20,921 nucleotides of DNA. Source: Candidatus Thorarchaeota archaeon (GTDB taxonomy: Archaea; Asgardarchaeota; Thorarchaeia; Thorarchaeales; Thorarchaeaceae). Below the pieces are notes generated by a model. The model worked only from the letters and a program-made list of their open reading frames with translations, ran no database searches and was not told the DNA's origin. The stretch's first letter is position 1. The number at the start of each line of letters is the position of its first letter. The stretch lies in the NCBI GenBank assembly GCA_003345555.1, contig PRDJ01000055.1, forward strand, positions 1 to 20,921, in the 5' to 3' direction. Positions 8,714-16,406 of this stretch are shown here, piece after piece. The position numbers and the translations under genes are program-made.

Positions 8714-8743
8714 TTTTTATCGTGTTCGATATCGCGTCCGATA
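8714..8743 (+). promoter_or_regulatory. TATA box (TTTTTAT, 8714-8720) overlapped by two tandem palindromes TATCG-N4-CGATA (8718-8731, 8730-8743); putative PadR operator
   Basis: The palindromes are directly visible, 12 bp apart, and lie 20-45 nt upstream of the padR ATG at 8763. Confidence 0.6.
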
Positions 8744-8762
8744 CAATCCGAGGAATCGTCAT

Positions 8763-9299
8763 ATGAGCGCACGCTCGACAAACAAGCAACGAGAAGAGAT
8801 TCAGGAGATCCAATCGGTTCCAAGAGGTCTTCTGAGATTCCTGATACTCAAGATGCTTGACTCGCAGGAGATGAATGGCACTCAGATAATGAGTACGTTC
8901 GAAGAGAGGAGCGGCGGGATGTGGAAACCTAGCTGCGGGTCAGTCTATCCGATTCTCGGTAATATGGAACGGAAAGGAATGATAAGATCAGTTAGTAGCG
9001 ATGGGCGCGGCAAGACGTACCAGCTATCGGACAAGGGCCGAACCGTTGTTAAGAAAGTGGAGGCTCGAATGCACCTCTTTGAGAGCAAGGCGTTGCTAGG
9101 TCCTCGGTTCTGGTTCTCAATGATGGATCCGGCTGAGAGGGCATCGGCCTATCTTGCGATGATCTCTGGCGTTGTCGAGGACTTGCCCGGAACAATCGAA
9201 TCGCTTCAAGGCGATGATCGTGAGAGGTACTTGAAGCGGCTCGAAGAAATCGTAGAGAATCTCGCAACTTCGACTAAGAATCTTAGAAGCGGAGGCTGA
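8763..9299 (+). CDS. PadR-family transcriptional regulator
   Basis: Motif RGLLRFLILKML...NGTQIM...SGGMWKPSCGSVYPILGNMERKGMI. ATG 8763 is preferred over the ORF-track GTG 8649, whose extra residues run through the promoter. Confidence 0.9.
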   Translation: MSARSTNKQREEIQEIQSVPRGLLRFLILKMLDSQEMNGTQIMSTFEERSGGMWKPSCGSVYPILGNMERKGMIRSVSSDGRGKTYQLSDKGRTVVKKVEARMHLFESKALLGPRFWFSMMDPAERASAYLAMISGVVEDLPGTIESLQGDDRERYLKRLEEIVENLATSTKNLRSGG

Positions 9300-9303
9300 A
9301 GTA

Positions 9304-11145
9304 TTGGCCAATAACAGTACAACGAATCGCAGGTCTGCATCCCGGTACATGCTCGCCGGTCTCATCAGAAGACCCTGGGTAATAATCGGGGCCACGATTC
9401 TGACGCTCATTTCCTCACTCCTCACGGTCTTGCCTATGGTGGTCGTAGGCTCAGCCGTTGATGAGCTTTCGAGCTCAAATGCAATCACGGCGCGATTCGT
9501 ACAGCTTTGCTGGTTGATAGTGGGTTTAGGCGTCGCCTACTTGGTCTTGTTCTTTATGGTTGGCTATGCTTGGGCAGTGGTGACTCTGGGTTGGGAGCGA
9601 GACGCGAGACAGCAGTTCATTGAGGCACTCCAGAACCATAGCATGGCATTTCACGATGAGGTGGATAGCAAGAGGATGCTATCGGTTGCTATGCAGGATA
9701 TAACATGGGTCCGGTTCTCGCTGAACCCTGCTTTGAGATTCTTCATCTCTGCCATTGCGTCGTTCGTTCTAACAGGGATTGTCCTCGCGAATGTTGATAC
9801 TAGTTTGTCCGTGTTCTACTTCGGGGGATACCCAATCTATGGGTTTACGCTTATCATTCTTGTAGGCATACCCCTGTACATCATCTTCGCCTACCGCTAT
9901 GCCAACCGCATAGCACCTGTCCGCAAGGCAAAGTCAGAGAAGATGGAGGAATTGACATCCATATCTCAAGGAGTATTCCAGGGTATCGAGGTTGTAAGGA
10001 CATTCAACGGTGAGGAAGGAGAGAATGCAAAGTTCGGGGAGGCCACCAAGGACTATGAAAGCATCAGCACTCGTGAGGGGCGTTTGGCTGCATTCTATAC
10101 CCCCCTGCTAATCCTGACAGGTATGACAATCACAGCTCTCCTGTACGGAAGCTATGCTCTTCTCCTTCACCAGATGACTGAAGGCACCCTCATTGAAGTT
10201 CTTGGGTTGCTTGTTTCTCTGGAAGGAATAAGCTTCATGCTTCCACAGAACCTTCTGATGATTCGCGGCGGCTATGTCAACGCTCAAAGAATAGTCAATA
10301 TTCTGGGCTGGAGAGATCCCCTAAACGAACCAGAGAACGAAGAACCACACGTGGACTGGAACGGCGACATTGTCTTTGAGAATGTGAGCTTCGCTTACGG
10401 ACGCGGAATGGCACAGGGAGAGAGTTACGCCCTTAGGAACCTCAATGTGACAATCCCAAGCGGCTCAAGGGTCGCACTGATTGGGAGCCCGGGGAGCGGC
10501 AAGAGCACGGTTCTCAAGCTTCTCCTTCGCTTCTACGATCCAGCCGAAGGTAGAATCACTGTGGGTGGCGTCGACCTCAAGAACGTAGGTACAAAGACAG
10601 TTCGCTCACACGTCGGCATGGTTGAACAGGATGTGTTTCTGTTCATGGCGAGCGTCAAAGACAACATAGCATTCGGCCGAACAGATGCTACCATCGAGGA
10701 GATTCAGGACGCAGCCAGAAGAGCCCAAGCGGAGGAGTTCATTCTTCAGATGCCAGAAGGGTATGACACGGTCATCGGAGAACGGGGAATGACGCTCAGT
10801 GGGGGTCAGCGTCAGAGGCTTGCAATCGCCCGAGCGATAATTCACAACCCTGAGATACTGCTGCTGGACGACTCGGTCAGCGCTGTTGATGCTCGAACTG
10901 AGTACATGATGAGGAAAGCTCTGAATGAAGTGATGACTGGCAGAACCAGTATAACAGTCACTCAGAGGCTACGCACTCTCGTTGAGTCGGACCTCATTCT
11001 CATTCTAGACAAAGGAACACTGATTGGTGCGGGTACTCATGCCCAGCTGTTGAAGTCATCAGAACACTACCGTCGAATCTTTGAACGGCTGCCTGGCGCA
11101 ACGGCCATGATAAAGCCCGCGAGGGCTCAGAGAGGTGGTAAGTGA
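9304..11145 (+). CDS. Heterodimeric type IV ABC exporter, subunit A (TMD+NBD, degenerate Walker B/H-switch)
   Basis: Walker A GSPGSGKST, signature LSGGQRQR, Walker B ILLLDD (catalytic E>D), switch TVTQR (H>Q). TTG start 4 nt after the padR stop. Confidence 0.92.
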   Translation: MANNSTTNRRSASRYMLAGLIRRPWVIIGATILTLISSLLTVLPMVVVGSAVDELSSSNAITARFVQLCWLIVGLGVAYLVLFFMVGYAWAVVTLGWERDARQQFIEALQNHSMAFHDEVDSKRMLSVAMQDITWVRFSLNPALRFFISAIASFVLTGIVLANVDTSLSVFYFGGYPIYGFTLIILVGIPLYIIFAYRYANRIAPVRKAKSEKMEELTSISQGVFQGIEVVRTFNGEEGENAKFGEATKDYESISTREGRLAAFYTPLLILTGMTITALLYGSYALLLHQMTEGTLIEVLGLLVSLEGISFMLPQNLLMIRGGYVNAQRIVNILGWRDPLNEPENEEPHVDWNGDIVFENVSFAYGRGMAQGESYALRNLNVTIPSGSRVALIGSPGSGKSTVLKLLLRFYDPAEGRITVGGVDLKNVGTKTVRSHVGMVEQDVFLFMASVKDNIAFGRTDATIEEIQDAARRAQAEEFILQMPEGYDTVIGERGMTLSGGQRQRLAIARAIIHNPEILLLDDSVSAVDARTEYMMRKALNEVMTGRTSITVTQRLRTLVESDLILILDKGTLIGAGTHAQLLKSSEHYRRIFERLPGATAMIKPARAQRGGK

Positions 11146-13244
11146 TGGGAATGCGAGGTCCTGGCGGTCCGCCAATTATGTCGCGTTCGCGTGAGAAGCG
11201 CAGCCGACCCGTGGCACTATTGCTCCGTCGTATGTTTGGCTACCTGCGCGGCTTCAAGCGTGCGGTGGCGATTGGCGCAGTTGTCTCCGTAATCGGTACA
11301 CTCTTCTCCGTTTTCGATACACTTGTTCTTTCGCAAGGCATTGACTATGTGGCAAATGTCCTCGCACATGACTTTGGCATCGTCCCGACTGCGACCTTCA
11401 ACGTTGAGGTACGGGTCTTCTTCTTCATAACATTCCTGTATCTCGGGATAAAGCTCGGGAGCTGGATATTCAACGGTGCATTCAACTGGATTCTCTCAGG
11501 CGCACAGGCTGGCATGGTTCGGACCGTGCAGGCTGATGTGTACGATCACCTAGTGAAAGCTGACCTGTCGTATCACAAGTCGCAGCAAAGCGGAAATGTG
11601 ACATCGCGAGTGACCTCGGACACGGCGAACCTTAGCATAGGCATCCAAGTGCTGATCCAGTTTGCAGGCCAGATTCTCTTGCTGGTCATGACGTTTCTTA
11701 TTCTCTGGGTCACGTCGCCAATCGTCGCCCTCACTTCTTTGGTCGTTGTTCCAGGAATCGCCGCCATTGCCGCTCTTTTCGGCACAGTCGGTCAGAGAAT
11801 CATGTTGGCTTCGCAGAGAGCAATGGGGCAGGTGTCAGGCCAAATCGCGGAGAACCTCAGCGGTATTCATGTGGCTAAGGCTTTCAACAGAGAGGGCGAA
11901 CTGGCTGGCACGCTCTATGAACTCAACAAGAAATCCTACCGATATGGTTTCAGATTCATGATGCTCATGAGCGCAATGCAGCCACTCATGAACTCGGTCG
12001 CAATGATTGGGGTGTCAGCTGTGCTCTTCATGGCAGGCTCGCTTGCCGTGGGTTCTTTGCCACTTCTTACCTACGGCCAGATCTTCCTGGGAATTACACT
12101 GGTGAACCGTTTCATGTGGCCGCTTCTCGCTCTAGTTATGATGGCTGCCCAAGTTCAGGCATCACTCGCATCGATGGACAGGATCTCAGATGTTCTCGAA
12201 GCAAAGCCCGGAATACGGGATGCTCAAGATGCCACGCCTCTCAAGGAAGCAAGCGACGGTATCACCTTTGAGAACGTCGTATTCTCCTATGGCAAACCAG
12301 ATGCCGATTCCAGCATGAGTCTCATGACCAGACAGGGAGGCATGGGTCCTCCGATGGGACACGGAGGCACAGGGATGATGGTAGCACCGCCGCCTCAGCG
12401 TGCAAGGACCGACCCTTCAGCCGTACCCAAAGACTCGTCATCTTTCATGGGCCAAGGTTCTGCTGCGAAGGCGACCAGCAACGTCCACGCGCTCAAGGGA
12501 GTAAGCTTCTCGGTAGAACCGGGACAAACTGTTGCATTGGTGGGTCACACCGGGGCTGGAAAATCGACGATTGCCGCTCTTATCAACAGATTCTACGATC
12601 CGCAGGAGGGAAAGATTCTGATTGGAGACCAGGACATCCGTCATGTAACACTCAAGTCACTCCACGAGGCGGTGTCACTTATTCCGCAGGAGCCGTATCT
12701 CTTCGATGGCACAATCATGGACAACATCTGCTACGGTCACCCGTCTGCCTCAGACAGTGAGGTTCAAGAGATTTGTCAAGCAATCGGGGCCGACGAGTTC
12801 ATCAAGGGTCTTCCTCTTGGTTACGGGACACCCATACTGGAGAGCGGAAAGAATCTCAGTGCTGGTCAAAGGCAGATGATTACGATTGCTCGAACCATGT
12901 TGGCTAACCCTCGAATACTTGTCCTTGACGAAGCAACTAGCCGCTTGGATGCCTACTCTGAGTCGCTTGTCCAAGATGCGCAGAGTAAGCTATTCGCCAA
13001 ACGCACGACAGTGGTAATAGCACACAGGCTGACGACAATCGTGAATGCCTCGAAGATTATTGTAATCGACAATGGCAAGATTGTAGAGGAAGGCACCCAT
13101 GACGAGCTCTTGGCGCTTGGTGGCATGTTCAAGACTGTGTATGATATCTACTATGCTCATCAGGGAATAGAGGAAATCACAGAGGAAGCAATACAGACCA
13201 TAGCTCCTCACGCGCCGGCAGTCGGTGGCAACGGAGCCCCGTGA
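11142..13244 (+). CDS. Heterodimeric type IV ABC exporter, subunit B (TMD+NBD)
   Basis: Walker A GHTGAGKST, signature LSAGQRQ, Walker B ILVLDE, switch IAHR. GTGA overlap with subunit A. Carries a 65-aa Met/Gly/Pro-rich insert in the NBD. Confidence 0.92.
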   Translation: MMGMRGPGGPPIMSRSREKRSRPVALLLRRMFGYLRGFKRAVAIGAVVSVIGTLFSVFDTLVLSQGIDYVANVLAHDFGIVPTATFNVEVRVFFFITFLYLGIKLGSWIFNGAFNWILSGAQAGMVRTVQADVYDHLVKADLSYHKSQQSGNVTSRVTSDTANLSIGIQVLIQFAGQILLLVMTFLILWVTSPIVALTSLVVVPGIAAIAALFGTVGQRIMLASQRAMGQVSGQIAENLSGIHVAKAFNREGELAGTLYELNKKSYRYGFRFMMLMSAMQPLMNSVAMIGVSAVLFMAGSLAVGSLPLLTYGQIFLGITLVNRFMWPLLALVMMAAQVQASLASMDRISDVLEAKPGIRDAQDATPLKEASDGITFENVVFSYGKPDADSSMSLMTRQGGMGPPMGHGGTGMMVAPPPQRARTDPSAVPKDSSSFMGQGSAAKATSNVHALKGVSFSVEPGQTVALVGHTGAGKSTIAALINRFYDPQEGKILIGDQDIRHVTLKSLHEAVSLIPQEPYLFDGTIMDNICYGHPSASDSEVQEICQAIGADEFIKGLPLGYGTPILESGKNLSAGQRQMITIARTMLANPRILVLDEATSRLDAYSESLVQDAQSKLFAKRTTVVIAHRLTTIVNASKIIVIDNGKIVEEGTHDELLALGGMFKTVYDIYYAHQGIEEITEEAIQTIAPHAPAVGGNGAP

Positions 13245-14065
13245 TTTCCATCTATAGGCGAGGAGGCAATACTCGGTCTCTGGAGCAATGCAGCCGCTGA
13301 CAGAGAAGCCCCCAGAATCAGATATGCCTCTGCTGCAAGTATCTGCATATAGGGTGTGAGGGATTCGAGCAGTACTTGTGAAGCGAAGTTCTGAATCAAG
13401 AAGAGGAAGACTCCCGTGAAGCCCAGTCCCATGGGCAATGAGAGTCTGCCGGTTCTGAAGATCCAGAACAGTGCTGCCATAGAAATCGCAACAAATGCAA
13501 GACCGAACAAGATGGGGGCCCTGCTTGCGAGAGAGAACAGGTCTGGGTGGCTGCCTCGTACGGTTTCCCAGAGGAGCATGAGAGAGGAGAACAGAATCGA
13601 CGAGGCTACTGATGCAGTCCACATTACTCGCGTACTCACATACCCCAGAACCTCGTTTGACGCCCTCAGGTAGGCCGCGATACCTATGATCCAGAACAGC
13701 AATCCGCATACTTGAATCAAATATACTGCAAAGGACAGCTGTGCCCCTTGAGGGACGCTGGACAACGCGTATTCTGCAACGTCGGCGACAAAGAAGAAAA
13801 CTAGGCCAACTGAAATAGCGAGGTTCATCAATCTGAATCCGTCATCCCGAGCGAGTCCGCCTCGTGCGAAAGCTCCGATTCCTATGAGAGATGCAAGCAG
13901 AGCAGAGACGGCCTCAGAAACGCCCACGAAGATCTTGAAAGAGTTGTCGCCATAGAGTAACTTGAGCAGCACAGCAAGCAGGAGCACGCTGACGCCCGCA
14001 AACAGAAATACGGCGTTAACGTTCCTGCCCATTCGCGTCATCTCTGTGCTCCTCTGGCTTTCCAT
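13208..14065 (-). CDS. Uncharacterised ~8-TM membrane protein (sensor-domain-like, no catalytic output domain)
   Basis: Eight hydrophobic segments. Start may be ATG 14032 rather than 14065. The 3' end overlaps ABC subunit B convergently by 37 nt. Confidence 0.7.
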   Translation of the reverse strand: MESQRSTEMTRMGRNVNAVFLFAGVSVLLLAVLLKLLYGDNSFKIFVGVSEAVSALLASLIGIGAFARGGLARDDGFRLMNLAISVGLVFFFVADVAEYALSSVPQGAQLSFAVYLIQVCGLLFWIIGIAAYLRASNEVLGYVSTRVMWTASVASSILFSSLMLLWETVRGSHPDLFSLASRAPILFGLAFVAISMAALFWIFRTGRLSLPMGLGFTGVFLFLIQNFASQVLLESLTPYMQILAAEAYLILGASLSAAALLQRPSIASSPIDGNHGAPLPPTAGA

Positions 14066-14144
14066 CTCAGGAGCCGTCGGCCTCCCTTTTGTTCTTTGCT
14101 GGTTTCGGCATACAATGACGGCTGTTCTGATGGCAAAAGAACTC

Positions 14145-15341
14145 TTACTGCGTCATCAGTTCCCAGGGAATTTCGTAAGCTCTGCTAGGAAATTCCTTCT
14201 CTAAGTCTTGCCTAGTTCGGGTTAGGACGGTATTCACTGGTTTTGCCCCCAAGAACCCTCGGGCCTCTCTCACAACTGATTGGAACAGGGGTCTGAACCC
14301 ATCGGTAATGGTCTCTGGAGTTATGCTTCCTCTCACAAATGCAGTCGTGAGCGAGCTTTTCACGTCCAAATCCAGTGTCTCTTCAAAATCGACAAATGCC
14401 AACCACGGGTGCGCGTCTAGGAGCGGATTCCGAGATTCAGAGAAAATCCGATAGGCGGTTCTGAATCCCAACAGCTTTGCGTACCTGTTCATCATGGTCT
14501 TCAATGCGGTCAGGTGAAGGACGAATACGGCCTGAGAGGGTGACACTCTCTCGACTGCCCTGTACCTAGCCAGCAACGCGATATCGTCTAGAAATCGCTT
14601 GAGATCCGAAGTCTTCACTTTCTCTGCAGCGATAGCCAGAGGGGTCTCTCCGTCAAGCTCTGAGAGTGCCTTTGTCGTTTCGGCCGATATTCCCTTGACT
14701 CTAGCCTTAGCACCCACGAGTGCGGTTGTCTGGTAGATATCATCCGGCTTCACCGGGTTAGTGATTGTGACCGCTTTCTCCCAAGTAGCCTCTGCAACCC
14801 AGTTGAGGGCAACGTCGATTGGTACTTCCAAGAAATCAGCCGCTTCTTTGACAGTGCAGACGGCTGGAATAAGTCTGAGAAGGGCTACGACTTCCGCATC
14901 TCTCGTGTAGAACTGCCAGTCACGCTTGACCTGAATCGTGCTGTCCGGCTTCACCGAGTCTTTGAGGAACTCGTCAAGAACGTAGTGGTCAAACCTCGTG
15001 TGAACGGCAAGGTCTAGGTCAACCCATCTTAGGACATTAAACTGCTCCTCAAACCTTGTGATTGTTCTCCTCAGTTTCTCCCTAAGGTGAGCTGTGTCTC
15101 GTGTGACAGAAAGAGCGCCGAGTGTCCACGTGCCAAACTCTACGAGAATCTCATAGTCCGCCCCCTCAAAGGCTCTCGCTTGAGAAGTGACTGACCGGGT
15201 TGCTTCATCGAAGAACGACGTCATAGCAACGATGAAGGATGAGATGAGATGAGGGTCGAACTGAGGCGGGTCTTCGAAATCGTGGTTATACATACAGACC
15301 CCGGTCTCGCGTTTGACTATGTAGATGCTCTTGACTTCCAT
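14145..15341 (-). CDS. Longin-domain protein with tandem winged-helix-like repeats
   Basis: N-terminus IYIVKRETGVCMYNHDF...DPHLISSFIVAMTSFFDE fits the longin pattern. Two ~67-aa units start at VKPD (aa 130 and 197) and have wHTH-like patterns (TVKEAADFL; LDGETPLAIAAE). Confidence 0.7.
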   Translation of the reverse strand: MEVKSIYIVKRETGVCMYNHDFEDPPQFDPHLISSFIVAMTSFFDEATRSVTSQARAFEGADYEILVEFGTWTLGALSVTRDTAHLREKLRRTITRFEEQFNVLRWVDLDLAVHTRFDHYVLDEFLKDSVKPDSTIQVKRDWQFYTRDAEVVALLRLIPAVCTVKEAADFLEVPIDVALNWVAEATWEKAVTITNPVKPDDIYQTTALVGAKARVKGISAETTKALSELDGETPLAIAAEKVKTSDLKRFLDDIALLARYRAVERVSPSQAVFVLHLTALKTMMNRYAKLLGFRTAYRIFSESRNPLLDAHPWLAFVDFEETLDLDVKSSLTTAFVRGSITPETITDGFRPLFQSVVREARGFLGAKPVNTVLTRTRQDLEKEFPSRAYEIPWELMTQ

Positions 15342-15514
15342 TAGACTGCATCCTCTTGTCTATCGAGTCAGGGGTGTGTAGGCTGATGAAGAACAAATCC
15401 GGTGTTGGGCTAGAATAGGTCCACAAGTCCTTTTGAGCCTTGTAGGTACGGACCCTAACAAGGTGTCTGGGTCAATCGAATACTACTATAAGGAAACAGC
15501 TGAGTGAAGCATTT

Positions 15515-16117
15515 GTGTCCGAGTACAGCATAAAGTGTCCCGCATGCGGACAGGGAAACCTGAAGGTCCGGTCCATGCTGTACCCCATTCCGTTTTTCAA
15601 CGAGCTCGTCATGTTCATGATAGATTGTCCTGCCTGTCATTTCAGCGAGAACGACGTGTTCAGTGCAGAGGAGAGACGCCCGAGCCGATGGACCATAAGA
15701 GTGGACAACTCTTCTCTTCTAAACACCCGTGTTGTTCGTTCTGGATCGGGAACAATCAGGCTTCCAGACTTCGGAATTGACATAGAGCCGGGCCCGGCTG
15801 CAGAATCATACATAAGCAATGTCGAAGGCGTTCTTCTTCGAGCGCGTCCCGTCATTGAGAGTGCTGTCAATTTCGCTGATGATGAACGACAACGAAAGAA
15901 GGGTCGCAAGATTCTCTCGATGATTGACAAGGCGATGAAAGGCGAGATACCCTTCACGCTGATTATTGAAGACCCGGCGGGTGTAAGCGGAATTATCCCG
16001 GATGACATGAGGCTAGTCAAGTACGAAGAACTGAGCACGGAAGAAGCATCTCAGCTCAAGGGTGCTCCTCTGTGGGTCGATGAGCTCAGATCAGACTATA
16101 TTGAGCGTAAGGGCTAA
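15515..16117 (+). CDS. zpr1: ZPR1 zinc-finger domain protein (COG1779)
   Basis: CPACG...IPFFNEL...CPACHF, RVVRSGSGTIRLPDFGIDIEPGPAAESYISNVEGVL, LIIEDPAGVS. GTG start. Confidence 0.9.
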   Translation: MSEYSIKCPACGQGNLKVRSMLYPIPFFNELVMFMIDCPACHFSENDVFSAEERRPSRWTIRVDNSSLLNTRVVRSGSGTIRLPDFGIDIEPGPAAESYISNVEGVLLRARPVIESAVNFADDERQRKKGRKILSMIDKAMKGEIPFTLIIEDPAGVSGIIPDDMRLVKYEELSTEEASQLKGAPLWVDELRSDYIERKG

Positions 16118-16147
16118 AAGGCTCACACGGCGAGCATTCGAATCACT

Positions 16148-16224
16148 GGGCCGATAGTTCAGTTGGTATGAATGTCTGATTTGCATTCAGAAGGTCGGGG
16201 GTTCAAATCCCCCTCGGTCCACCA
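16148..16224 (+). tRNA. tRNA-Ala(UGC), intronless, CCA encoded
   Basis: Acceptor GGGCCGA/TCGGTCC with the G3:U70 alanine identity pair and A73; D-arm GTTC/GAAT; anticodon stem TCTGA/TCAGA with loop TT-TGC-AT; T-arm GGGGG-TTCAAAT-CCCCC. Confidence 0.97.
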
Positions 16225-16290
16225 TCCACTCTTTTTGTGACGTCCATATCACGACTATCCATTCTTGTTTCTTGAGTGGTCAAGCATATC

Positions 16291-16398
16291 TTTAAAGGGG
16301 GCGCTTCTCGGCCGCACGCCAATAAACGCACGGGGCACGATGCAAGTCCAGTTCGGTATAATCTGAACTTGCGTGCATGCAATGCCTTGGTGTGGTGA
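16291..16398 (+). promoter_or_regulatory. Putative hppA promoter (TTTAAA 16291-16296) and SD (GGTGA 16394-16398)
   Basis: Matches the archaeal TATA consensus; GGTGA lies 8 nt before ATG 16407. Confidence 0.5.
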
Positions 16399-16406
16399 AG
16401 AGTAAC

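Noticed and set aside
8649-8762. N-terminal extension of PadR from GTG 8649
   Set aside because: It runs through the TATA box and operator and has a non-protein-like Tyr/Arg composition.
16148-16406. tRNA-Ala as an integration site for a mobile element
   Set aside because: No integrase, no duplicated tRNA 3' end in the window, and the flanking genes are housekeeping.
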